From: Candidatus Spongiisociaceae bacterium
GTDB lineage: Bacteria; Actinomycetota; Acidimicrobiia; Spongiisociales; Spongiisociaceae
Assembly (NCBI GenBank): GCA_965202665.1
Contig: OZ241841.1
Location: 1,735,367-1,799,366, forward strand
Direction of reading: 5' to 3'
Length of the DNA stretch: 64,000 nt
Numbering within the stretch: the first letter of the stretch is position 1; each line of letters starts with the position of its first letter. This document shows positions 9,228 to 18,039 of this stretch, piece after piece. The notes under the pieces were generated by a model, which worked only from the letters and a program-made list of their open reading frames with translations, ran no database searches and was not told the origin of the DNA. Both the position numbers and the translations under genes were made by a program.

Positions 9228-10019
9228 TTATTCTTCGGGTACGTCGTAGAGTTGGGCGGCTAGGCCTCCGTCTACTACCAGGTTGACGCCGGATACGTAG
9301 CGGGCGTCGTCGGAGGCCAGATACAGGAACGCGCGGGCTATGTCGTCGGGGGCGGCTAGGCGGTTGGCGGGTACGGCCGGGAAACCCTGTTTGCGCCATT
9401 TGTCCATCAGTTCTTCGCCCACCAGGTCCACTGACTGCTGGGTGTCGGCCGGGCCGGGGGAGACGCAGTTGCATCGAATGCCGTAGGGGGCGCATTCCAC
9501 AGCGATGGCTTTGGCCAGGGCCGTCAGCCCCGCTTTGGACACGCAGTAGGGGGTGAAGTTGCGCCCATGGCCTAAAGCGGCGATGGAGGCGGTGAACAGG
9601 ATGACCCCGCCCCCGGTGTCTTTCATCGCCCGGGCGGCCCGTTGCGCCAGCACGAAGTAGGCGTCCAGGTTGACCGCCAGCACCCTCCTCCACCCTTCCT
9701 GGCTGACTTCCAGAAAAGGGTCGTCCACCCAGGCGGCGGCGTTGGAAATGAGCGCATCCAGCCGGGGATGAACTTCCAAGGCCCGTTCCATCGCCGAGGC
9801 GCAGGCCCCCATGTTCTCCAAGTCGGCGAGGATGGGGACGGGGGCGGCTCCCCGCTCCGCGACCGACTCGGCCGCTTTTTCCAAGCGGTCGGGGGCCCGG
9901 TCCACCAGATAGAGGTTGGCCGCCCCTTCTTCGGCGAACAATTGGGCGGTGCGCAACCCGATACCGCTTCCCGCCCCGGTTACCAGAACGTTTTTACCTG
10001 TGAACCGTCGCCCGCTCAT
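9228..10019 (-). CDS. SDR family NAD(P)-dependent oxidoreductase
   Basis: TGAGSGIG Rossmann motif near the N-terminus (true start MSGRRFTGKNVLVTGAGSGIG at 10019), NAA motif and catalytic YCVSK. Confidence 0.8.
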   Translation of the reverse strand: MSGRRFTGKNVLVTGAGSGIGLRTAQLFAEEGAANLYLVDRAPDRLEKAAESVAERGAAPVPILADLENMGACASAMERALEVHPRLDALISNAAAWVDDPFLEVSQEGWRRVLAVNLDAYFVLAQRAARAMKDTGGGVILFTASIAALGHGRNFTPYCVSKAGLTALAKAIAVECAPYGIRCNCVSPGPADTQQSVDLVGEELMDKWRKQGFPAVPANRLAAPDDIARAFLYLASDDARYVSGVNLVVDGGLAAQLYDVPEE

Positions 10020-10081
10020 CCGTCTTCTCCTATCCGGTTGCTGAGCAGATGCCCCCAGATTAGGCGACGGCGCGCCGGTTG

Positions 10082-10342
10082 TTATCCGCTCAGGACGGGA
10101 ATTTCCACTTCGATGGCTTTGGGGAGTATCCGCCCGCCCGGTTCCAGCGGCGGCCCGCTGTAGCGTTGGGGCGGCGGTATGGGTTGGTTGTGTTCGGTCA
10201 TGGCTTCCACGTAGAGGGCGGCGGCGTCCCCCAAGTCTTCCGTAACGTCGGCGATGGTAGCGCCGACGCCGTAGGCGGCCAGACCCACCACCCACCCGGA
10301 CCAGCCTTCCGGCGTGGGCTCAATCACCGCATCGTATTTCAT
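10082..10342 (-). CDS. HicB-like antitoxin-family protein (UPF0150/RNase-H-like fold), apparently orphan
   Basis: MKYDAVIEPTPEGWSGWVVGLAAYGVGATIADVTEDLGDAAALYVEAM is typical of the HicB N-terminal domain. No HicA-like partner is visible. Confidence 0.5.
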   Translation of the reverse strand: MKYDAVIEPTPEGWSGWVVGLAAYGVGATIADVTEDLGDAAALYVEAMTEHNQPIPPPQRYSGPPLEPGGRILPKAIEVEIPVLSG

Positions 10343-10394
10343 AGAAATCCTCCGTTCCCTTCCCGGCTAGGCAACCCAACCATCCCAACCAAGT

Positions 10395-11099
10395 TCACAC
10401 GACGCGCAGGGGCGGCGACGGTTGGGAAAAGTCGGGCGGGGGGGAGCCTATGGCTACGAACATCCGCTCGGCGGCGAACACGCCCACCCCGACGTCTTTT
10501 CCTTTAACCCGCACGGTGAGGGCCCCCTGCGGGTCTTTCTGCACCAACTCCACCAGGGCATGCGGCCGCAGGTTGCTTTCGTCCAGGTAGCGCATCATTT
10601 CCGCATCCAGTTCCAACTCTTCCGAAATGCGCTCCAAAGGGTAAACGTCCCCCGGTTCCATTTCCGCCATCGGTTTCATCCGGGGCGGTTTGTATCCGGC
10701 TCCGGGGATGGGGTTGCCGTGCGGACAGGTTTTCGGGTCGTCCATCACCGCCCACATGGCGGCCTCCACATCGTCGGAGATCATCGTCTCCCAAACTTCC
10801 GCCTCCTCATGCACTTTCGCCCAGGGCAGGCGCAGCACCTCCGACAGGAAACGTTCCGCCAGGCGGTGGCGGCGCACGATCACCGCCGCCATATGGCGCC
10901 CTTCCGGGGTGAGCCGTATTTCATCCCCGATCGCCACCAGGCCTTCCTGTTCCATCCGGTGCACCATTTCCGACACGCTGGCCCGGCTCACCCCCAGCCA
11001 GTCGGAGATGCGGGCCTGGATGACGGGAATGCCCGCTTCCTCAATCTCCCAGACGGCCTCGGCGTATTCCCGGTAACGAACGGGGTAGGTGGCGTCCAT
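10395..11099 (-). CDS. DtxR/IdeR/MntR-family metal-dependent transcriptional regulator with C-terminal SH3-like/FeoA domain
   Basis: Strong similarity pattern to DtxR: IYEIEEAG-like HTH, RRHRLAERFL, KVHEEAEVWEHVMSD-like metal site and CPHGNPIPG. Confidence 0.8.
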   Translation of the reverse strand: MDATYPVRYREYAEAVWEIEEAGIPVIQARISDWLGVSRASVSEMVHRMEQEGLVAIGDEIRLTPEGRHMAAVIVRRHRLAERFLSEVLRLPWAKVHEEAEVWETMISDDVEAAMWAVMDDPKTCPHGNPIPGAGYKPPRMKPMAEMEPGDVYPLERISEELELDAEMMRYLDESNLRPHALVELVQKDPQGALTVRVKGKDVGVGVFAAERMFVAIGSPPPDFSQPSPPLRVV

Positions 11100-11164
11100 G
11101 GGCCCATAGTAGCCGCCCCCGCCCCCCGACCGCCCCCAAAAGCCCGACGATAGGCCGCAGCCGA

Positions 11165-12457
11165 TCAGTCTTTGCCGGCCTCGTACATCCAGCGGTGACC
11201 GCCTTCAGCGGCCCGGAAGTTTGCGGTCCAGCCGCTGTCGGTCAGGAAGCGGTGGGCGGCCAGGGCGTAGATTTTGGCGGCCAGGGCGGGGCCGTCGGCG
11301 GACAGGTATTCGTTGGGGCTGTGCGCCCGGGGCAGCATTCCCGGCCCGAAGGCGGCCACGCACGGAATCCCGGCCGTCAACTGGAAATGGGGGGCGTCGG
11401 TGGCCCCCGGAAAGGCGTCCAGCCGGGGGGTTTCCCCCAGCACGTCCCGGGCGGCCGACAGCAAAGTCCCCACCACCGGATCCCCGGCGCTGATTTCGGT
11501 GGCGGGCACCATCCCCACCAGGGTCAGTTCGGCGTCCAACTCCGGGTCGTCGGCCTTCGCCGCCGCCAGAAACCGCTCAATGTCGGCCCGCATCTCCTCT
11601 TCGGTCATTCCGGGCAGGGTGCGGATGTCGCAGGCGAATTCCCCCCGCCCCGGATAAACCCCGAAGAAAACCCCCCCGGACACCATCACCCCCACGTTCA
11701 CGGTGGGGGCCGGGCACAGGGGATGCGGTTCGTAGGTCAGATAGGACAGCAATTCCCGGTCCATCCGTTGGATGAGCCCCGCCATTTTCACGGTGGCGTT
11801 CACCCCTTTGATGCGGTCGGAGATGGAAGAATGCATTTGCGTGCCCCGCACCGTCACTTTCAACAGGCACGCCCCCCGGGAAACCAGATGCAGGGACTCC
11901 CATTCTTTTTCCACCCCCGCCGGTTCGCCGATGATGGCCGCGTGGGCTTCCAACAACCCGTTTTCGGCCAGCCATTGCGCCCCCAGGGCCGACCCGGCTT
12001 CTTCGTCGGCGGTGAAAACCGCGGTGAGCCGCCCCGGACGGCCGGGGTGGGCGGCTATCGCCCCCATGGCGTACACGATCCCCGCCACCGCCGCTTTCAT
12101 ATCCCCCGATCCCAAGCCGATCAGGTCTTCGCCCCGCACCACCGGATCCCACGGGTCGGTTTCCCACGCTTCCATGTCCCCGGCCGGTTTGGTGTCGATG
12201 TGGCCGGACAGCATCAGGGTCGGCCCTTCCTCGTCCCCGTCCACCTGCGCGATCAGGTTGGGCCGTTTTTCTTCCGCCCCCGCCCGCCGCACTTCGGTCA
12301 CGCCCAAGTCGGCCAGCCGGGAGGCAACCAGTTCGGCCACCGCCCTTTCGTCCCCCGGCGGGTTGGGGGAGGGGACGGCGATCAGGTCGCGGGCGAACTG
12401 CAGGATTTCGCCTTCCCGTTCTTCCAGGTAGGCCAGCAGGTTGCGTTCGACGGTCAT
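11165..12457 (-). CDS. M20-family metallopeptidase (ArgE/DapE-like deacylase)
   Basis: LMLSGHIDTKPAG, GSGDMKAAVAG and M20 metal-ligand spacing; 430 aa. Confidence 0.8.
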   Translation of the reverse strand: MTVERNLLAYLEEREGEILQFARDLIAVPSPNPPGDERAVAELVASRLADLGVTEVRRAGAEEKRPNLIAQVDGDEEGPTLMLSGHIDTKPAGDMEAWETDPWDPVVRGEDLIGLGSGDMKAAVAGIVYAMGAIAAHPGRPGRLTAVFTADEEAGSALGAQWLAENGLLEAHAAIIGEPAGVEKEWESLHLVSRGACLLKVTVRGTQMHSSISDRIKGVNATVKMAGLIQRMDRELLSYLTYEPHPLCPAPTVNVGVMVSGGVFFGVYPGRGEFACDIRTLPGMTEEEMRADIERFLAAAKADDPELDAELTLVGMVPATEISAGDPVVGTLLSAARDVLGETPRLDAFPGATDAPHFQLTAGIPCVAAFGPGMLPRAHSPNEYLSADGPALAAKIYALAAHRFLTDSGWTANFRAAEGGHRWMYEAGKD

Positions 12458-12600
12458 GGGGCCTCCATTCCGGTCGCGGGCGGTGAAACAAGAATAGTAT
12501 CAGGCGGGGGGCGGGGCCCGTCCTCCGCCCAAAGGCCGGCCCCGAACCGTCGGCCCGGCCCCGGCCCGCATAGTTCCCGCCGTAGATTAAGGAGGCGACA

Positions 12601-14346
12601 ATGTCCGACGCGCCCGCTTTTTCCGTTGAAAAGATGCCCGGTTGGGAGGTAACCGTGCAACGGGACGTCCCGGCGGCGATGCGGGACGGAACCACCCTGC
12701 GGGCCGATGTCTACCGCCCGGCGGCCGACTCCGACCTGCCGGTGCTGCTGATGCGCACCATCTACGACAAACGTTCCGGCATTCCGGTGTTCGGCAGCGC
12801 CCATCCGGCCTGGTTCGCCGCCCGCGGATACGTGGTGGTGGTGCAGGACTGCCGGGGCCGCTTTTCTTCGGAAGGCAAGTTTTACCCTTATCAGCACGAG
12901 ATTGAGGACGGATACGATTCGGTGGAGTGGGCGGCCCGGTTGCCCGGTTCGGACGGCAAAGTGGGGATGATGGGGTTTTCCTACGTGGGGGCCACCCAAC
13001 TGCTGGCCGCCATCGCCCGCCCCCCGTCCCTGGCTTCCATCACCCCCGCTTTCACCGCCTCCCAGTATTACGACGGCTGGACCTACAACGGGGGCGCCCT
13101 TTCTTTGGCGTTCATCGGCTACTGGGCGACTTTGCTGGCTTTGGAGGAGGCCCGGCGGGCGGGCGATTTGGAGGGCCGCCTGCAGTTGGAGGCCGCTTTG
13201 GGCGGGGCTCCGGTCTGGTTCTGGTCGTTGCCGGTGGCCGGATATCCGCCTTTGCAGAGCCCCCACGCCGGTTTCTTCAAAGACTGGGTGGAGCATTGCG
13301 CTTACGACGACTACTGGCGGCGGTGGAGCATCGACGAGGATTACAGCCGGGTGGAGGTTCCCGCCCTGCATCTCGGCGGCTGGTACGACGTGTTCCTGTC
13401 GGGGACGGTGCGCAATTTCACCGGCGTGTCGCAGTCGGGGGGCGGCTCGGCCCGCGGCCGGCAGAAACTGCTGGTGGGCCCGTGGGCCCATATGCCGTGG
13501 ACGCCGGTGGGCCGCTTCGGCTCGGGGGACGGCCCGTCCACCCGGGAGATAGACGACTGGCTGATCCGCTGGTTCGACGCCACTTTGAAAGGGGCCGACA
13601 ACGGGGTGTTGGACAGCCCGGTCACCTTGTTCACTTTGGACGGGGGGCGGCGGGACTTCGACGCTTGGCCTCCGCCGGGGACGGTGATGGAAGACTGGTT
13701 CATCCATTCCGGCGGGCAGGCCAACTCCAAGTTCGGGGACGGAACTTTGGACCGCACCGCCCCCGGCGACGAACCGCCCGACTTGTACGTGCACGATCCG
13801 GGGGTGCCGGTTCCGTCGCAGGGGGGCCATTCCTGCTGTTTCGACCATATCACGCCGATGGGGCCCGCCGACCAGCATGCGGCGGAGGTGGGGCGGACGG
13901 TGCTGGTCTACACTTCCGAACCGCTGGAGGAGGACGTGGAACTGGCGGGGGAGGCCCATGTCACTTTGTTTGCGGCCACCACCGCGGCGGACACCGATTT
14001 CACCGCCCGTCTGTGCGTGGTGGATGCGGCGGGGCGGTCGGTGAACCTGCAGGAGGGGATTCTGCGGGCCCGCTACCGGGAGTCGCTGTCTTCGCCTTCT
14101 TTGCTGACTCCGGGGGAGGTCTATGAGTTGCGAATTGAGTTGGGGCCGCTGGGGGCGCGGGTGGAGGCCGGTTCCCGCCTGCGGTTGAACATCGCCTCCT
14201 CCGATTTCCCGCAGTGGGATCGCAATCTGAACACGGGGGCCGTTCCGCTGACGGACGGGACGTTCGACGCCGTTCCGGCCACGCAGACGGTGTTGCACAA
14301 CCGCTCCTATCCGACGCGGGTGACTTTGCCGGTGCTGCGCTCTTGA
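12601..14346 (+). CDS. CocE/NonD-family hydrolase (S15 X-Pro dipeptidyl-peptidase-like)
   Basis: N-terminal LRADVYRPA...PVLLMRTIYDK, and GYVVVVQDCRGRFSSEG with the GFSYVG serine motif. RBS AAGGAGG lies 7 nt upstream of the ATG at 12601. Confidence 0.8.
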   Translation: MSDAPAFSVEKMPGWEVTVQRDVPAAMRDGTTLRADVYRPAADSDLPVLLMRTIYDKRSGIPVFGSAHPAWFAARGYVVVVQDCRGRFSSEGKFYPYQHEIEDGYDSVEWAARLPGSDGKVGMMGFSYVGATQLLAAIARPPSLASITPAFTASQYYDGWTYNGGALSLAFIGYWATLLALEEARRAGDLEGRLQLEAALGGAPVWFWSLPVAGYPPLQSPHAGFFKDWVEHCAYDDYWRRWSIDEDYSRVEVPALHLGGWYDVFLSGTVRNFTGVSQSGGGSARGRQKLLVGPWAHMPWTPVGRFGSGDGPSTREIDDWLIRWFDATLKGADNGVLDSPVTLFTLDGGRRDFDAWPPPGTVMEDWFIHSGGQANSKFGDGTLDRTAPGDEPPDLYVHDPGVPVPSQGGHSCCFDHITPMGPADQHAAEVGRTVLVYTSEPLEEDVELAGEAHVTLFAATTAADTDFTARLCVVDAAGRSVNLQEGILRARYRESLSSPSLLTPGEVYELRIELGPLGARVEAGSRLRLNIASSDFPQWDRNLNTGAVPLTDGTFDAVPATQTVLHNRSYPTRVTLPVLRS

Positions 14347-14374
14347 ACGGGGGCTCCGTTGCGGAGGGGGGCGG

Positions 14375-15787
14375 ATGATTCCGGTTTTGACCGCCGGGCA
14401 GTCCCGCAGCCAAGATTCCGCGACGGCGGCGCCCCCGGAGATGTTGGTGGAACGGGCCGGGCGGGCGGCGGCTTTGGCGGCGGTGCGGCTGGGGGCCGGT
14501 TACGGGACGCGGACCGCGGTTCTGGCCGGGCCGGGCAACAACGGGGCGGACGGATACGTCGCGGCCGGGGTTTTGGCCCGCCGGGGGCTGTGGGTGGATG
14601 TTTACCCGTTTTTGGAACCGCGGAGCGCGGCGGCGGCACAGGCCGGGGAGCGGGCGGCGGCCGCCGGGGCGAAGTTTCGCCCCTGGGGGGTTTTCCGCCC
14701 CGCCGATACGGTGGTGGACGCCCTGTTCGGGGGCGGTTTCCGGGGGGAGGCGCCCGACCTGTCTTTCTGGCGGGCGGGGGGAGGGCGGCGGTTGGCGGTG
14801 GACGCCCCGTCCGGTTTGGATGTTTCCACCGGTTGCGCGGCGCCGGGGACTTTGCCCGCCGATGCGACCGTCACGTTCGGCGGCCTGCGGGTGGGGCATC
14901 TGATCGGGGACGGCCCCGGCCTGTGCGGGGAGGTTGCGGTGGCCGACATCGGGTTGGCGGAGGCGGAGCCGGAGTTTTGGCTGTGCGAGGAGGGGGACGC
15001 GCCTTTGCCGGCGCGGGAGCGGACGGCCCACAAGTGGTCGGCCGGTTCGGTGCTGGTGGTGGGCGGTTCGCGGGGTTTGGACGGGGCGGCCACTTTGACC
15101 GCTAGGGCCGCGTTGCGGGCCGGGGCGGGGGCGGTGATGATCGCCTGCCCGCCCGCGGTGGAGGAGAAGGTGCGGGCCCCGGAGATTATGACCCGGGCGG
15201 TGGGGCCGGGCCCTTTCCTGGGGGAGGGGTGCCTGCCGGAGGTTCTGGAGTTAGCGTCCCGGTTCGACGTGCTGGCCCTGGGTCCCGGCTTGGGTTTGGA
15301 TCCGTCGGCGGCCGGTTTCGCGGCCGGGCTGCTAAAGGAATGGGAGGGCCCGTTGCTGGTGGACGCCGACGGTTTGAACGTTTTGGACGGTCCGGCTTCG
15401 CTGCGGCGGACGGCCCCGACCGTCATCACCCCCCACGCCGGGGAGTTTCTAAGGCTGACCGGGACGGAGGCTGATTACCGGGCGGCGGCCGCTTTGGCGG
15501 AGAGCGCCGGGGCGGTGGTCCTGCTGAAAGGGTCCCCCACTTTCGTGATGGGGGAGGGCCGGTGGGCGGTGGCGGAAGGCGGCCCCGAGTTGGCCACTAT
15601 CGGATCCGGCGACATCCTGGCCGGAATGATCGCCGCTTTCTGGGCGGCTGGCCAAGACGCCGAAACCGCCGCCCGCTCCGCCGCCTTCTGGCACGCCCGT
15701 TCCGCCGCCGTTTTAGTCCAAACCCAAACCCCCACCGCCGACTCCCTGGTGAACCACCTACCCAAAGCTACCCGCCGCCCCACCTAG
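14375..15787 (+). CDS. nnr: bifunctional NAD(P)H-hydrate repair enzyme (YjeF-N epimerase + YjeF-C dehydratase)
   Basis: YjeF-N motif GPGNNGADGYVAA; YjeF-C motif HKWSAGSVLVVGGS...GDILAG. Confidence 0.85.
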   Translation: MIPVLTAGQSRSQDSATAAPPEMLVERAGRAAALAAVRLGAGYGTRTAVLAGPGNNGADGYVAAGVLARRGLWVDVYPFLEPRSAAAAQAGERAAAAGAKFRPWGVFRPADTVVDALFGGGFRGEAPDLSFWRAGGGRRLAVDAPSGLDVSTGCAAPGTLPADATVTFGGLRVGHLIGDGPGLCGEVAVADIGLAEAEPEFWLCEEGDAPLPARERTAHKWSAGSVLVVGGSRGLDGAATLTARAALRAGAGAVMIACPPAVEEKVRAPEIMTRAVGPGPFLGEGCLPEVLELASRFDVLALGPGLGLDPSAAGFAAGLLKEWEGPLLVDADGLNVLDGPASLRRTAPTVITPHAGEFLRLTGTEADYRAAAALAESAGAVVLLKGSPTFVMGEGRWAVAEGGPELATIGSGDILAGMIAAFWAAGQDAETAARSAAFWHARSAAVLVQTQTPTADSLVNHLPKATRRPT

Positions 15788-15794
15788 GCGCACT

Positions 15795-15850
15795 CGGCCG
15801 GGAGGGGGTCTCCGGGATGCATGGCAACGCAAGGTCGTCAGCGGGGGGTT
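15795..15850. mobile_element. short remnant resembling the left end and first codons of the IS481-family element found at 36.6 kb
   Basis: gggagggggtctccgggatgcatggcaacgcaaggtcgtc is about 85% identical to 36628-36670 (IS481 left end plus MHGNARSS). Homology stops after about 50 bp. Confidence 0.3.
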
Positions 15851-15882
15851 CGGTTTCTTCTCCGCCGAGTGTTCCGAGCAGG

Positions 15883-16311
15883 CTATCGGCGGGTAATCCG
15901 GGTTCCGGCGGAGCGGCGGCGTTCCCGCCCCGGAGGGTTCGGGTTTTCACCGGCCGGTTCCCCCGGTTGTCGGTTGTAGTAGATAGCGCGGAGGGCGTAT
16001 CCCCCGCCGGGGCGTATCAGGTCGGCGAGCCCTCCGGCGCGGATGGCGTCCGTCAGCCGTTCGGCGATAGGCGGCGGGAAACTATCCCAGGGTTCCGAAC
16101 CCTCCGGTTCGGCGACTAGCAGATAGTGGTCGGTTCCCCCGCAGTCCGCCGGCAGGCGGGTAACCATTACCGCCGAGCGGTCGGAGTCGCCGGGTAGCCT
16201 TCCCGCGGACGCAACCCAGGTCCCCGCCCGCAGGGGCGGAGGGGCGGGTAGTTCCGCGGTGTCCACCGGACGAGGCTCGGCTGGTTCCGCCGGTCGCAGT
16301 TCGGTCGACAT
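15883..16311 (-). CDS. hypothetical protein
   Basis: ORF only; lies in a scar region between the IS481 and ISL3 remnants. Codon-usage support is weak. Confidence 0.25.
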   Translation of the reverse strand: MSTELRPAEPAEPRPVDTAELPAPPPLRAGTWVASAGRLPGDSDRSAVMVTRLPADCGGTDHYLLVAEPEGSEPWDSFPPPIAERLTDAIRAGGLADLIRPGGGYALRAIYYNRQPGEPAGENPNPPGRERRRSAGTRITRR

Positions 16312-16387
16312 AAACCGTCCCTTCGTTTCTATCCGTCCCGGGGGTATTCCCGCCGGGGGTTCGTCCTCCGTTATCAGGTTACGCGAG

Positions 16388-16648
16388 TTAGTCCTCCTCC
16401 GGGCGTAACGCCGCTAACCACGCCGCCTGCCATTCCGTCCAACTCCGTCGTTCGTCCGCCGTTATCGTCCGGAGGTTATACGCCGAATGTACGAGTATCT
16501 GAGCCCACTCCGCCCGGAATATTCGTTCCGCTGTCCGAGCGTCCGTCCTTTCCCGGAGTTTGGTCAAGAACCATCGCTCCAACGCCGCCACATAATCGGC
16601 ATCAGTCCGCGCCGCCGCCGCGGCGGACGGGTCGTGGCGGTTCGTCAT
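16388..16648 (-). CDS. hypothetical protein (86 aa)
   Basis: ORF with plausible composition; no recognizable motif. Confidence 0.3.
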   Translation of the reverse strand: MTNRHDPSAAAAARTDADYVAALERWFLTKLRERTDARTAERIFRAEWAQILVHSAYNLRTITADERRSWTEWQAAWLAALRPEED

Positions 16649-16880
16649 CCGCTACCCCCTCCGTCTGAACGGGTTGGCCTACTAACCAGGAACGAGCAGG
16701 CAGTGGCGGAACAGACCCTGCCGTGAAACATATGCCACAAGCAAAAAGGGGCCTCTGACCTGCGATTACGCCCAAATACAGCACCGCAAAGGCCTAACGG
16801 ATTGGACAACCCAGATCAGCCTGTGTATAATTTGGACTGCGACCGAACGGATACGGATTAGGGAAAGGCAGACACAGACA

Positions 16881-17357
16881 ATGATGGCAATGATGGGCAG
16901 AACGGTTTCCTGCTTGTTGTCCAGTGTTATGTTCTGGACTGCTCTGTCTGTTCCTGGTGGACAGGACGCTGATGATCTGCCTGCCTGCGGACACCCAGAA
17001 TGTTATCCAACATTTTGTCAGGTGTTTAACGATCCTGATAATGTCCATGATAAGTTAAAAATGTTGTCTAATGAACATAAAATACAGATTATCAGTTTCC
17101 TGATAAGTGTCCGTAAATATAGGGATAAACTAAAACGCTATCCAATACAAAACTTGGAAAATATTCTGTATGAAATATTACGACAGTCAGTTGACGCAAA
17201 TAGCATATCTGCTTATATCAGACAACAGAATATTGGAAATGACAAAGTAACAAAAATACTGTGGTATACTATAGACTTACCAGGTGTCAGGTTGTCTATA
17301 ATAGATAACCCAACGGCTGAACAACTGATAATATTAGATATAGATTTGGATAATTAA
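16881..17357 (+). CDS. hypothetical protein, low-GC (about 38%) gene with hydrophobic N-terminus
   Basis: Clean ORF in an AT-rich patch that contrasts with the genome. Possible signal peptide MMAMMGRTVSCLLSSVMFWTALSVPG. Confidence 0.4.
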   Translation: MMAMMGRTVSCLLSSVMFWTALSVPGGQDADDLPACGHPECYPTFCQVFNDPDNVHDKLKMLSNEHKIQIISFLISVRKYRDKLKRYPIQNLENILYEILRQSVDANSISAYIRQQNIGNDKVTKILWYTIDLPGVRLSIIDNPTAEQLIILDIDLDN

Positions 17358-17382
17358 AACAACAGAGCAGAGGAGGAAAACA

Positions 17383-17616
17383 ATGGAAGATAATCCGTCT
17401 GCCGCTAGCACTATGGCAGATAACATCTATCAGGCCATCCAGGAACAGGTCAGTCAGGCTCTGGATGATGTCCTGGATAGGGTTATCCGGGATGCGGGCA
17501 CTGATGTGGAAATCAGGGCCGCCCGTCCTGCTGATGAATGTCCTGCCTGCCACAGGACATTAGACCCGGAAACCAGCAGGTCTGTTCTGACCAGTCAGGC
17601 TGATAACGCTGCCTGA
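17383..17616 (+). CDS. small acidic hypothetical protein (paralogous N-terminus to ORFs at 49960-50184 and 50368-50700)
   Basis: Shares the N-terminal pattern M-A/T-D/E-N/Q...Q/A-rich with two small ORFs in the second CAGG/CCTG-rich locus. Confidence 0.35.
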   Translation: MEDNPSAASTMADNIYQAIQEQVSQALDDVLDRVIRDAGTDVEIRAARPADECPACHRTLDPETSRSVLTSQADNAA

Positions 17617-17797
17617 CATTCCAGAGCCTGGTCTATCCAAGCCTGATATGCAGAAATGCTGACCTGTGGTCAAGAGCCTGCTGAAATCCAATCGGACAGG
17701 CACAGGCCTGCGGGCAGTGTTTCCAGGATAGCCTGGTGCCTGTCCAGGTCTGACCATTCCCGAGCTGCCGTCGCAGGTCTGCCAGAGCCTGTTTCCT

Positions 17798-18005
17798 GCT
17801 GTTTTTGGGGTGGGGTCCTCCATTATGGTTTTGGTGGGGTTGGATAGGGTTGAGGTGGTAGGGGCGGAGGAGACGGGCCGGGCGGTTGACGGGGGCGGGG
17901 GCGGGCGGCGGCGTTGTGGGGGATGGGGGCTTTGGTGGGACTATAATGGGCGTTAAGGCGCCGGATTTGGCGACGGCGGTGTTATTCTGCCGTTTCAACC
18001 CTCGG
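17798..18005. mobile_element. ISL3-like element remnant (left-end region only)
   Basis: ttggggtggggtcctccat...ggttgaggt.g...ggcggaggagacgggcc matches 51028-51165, immediately upstream of the ISL3 transposase fragment. Copy 1 carries internal deletions. Confidence 0.35.
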
Positions 18006-18039
18006 GGTGACGGGGGCGGGCCGCAAGTACGGAGGAAGC

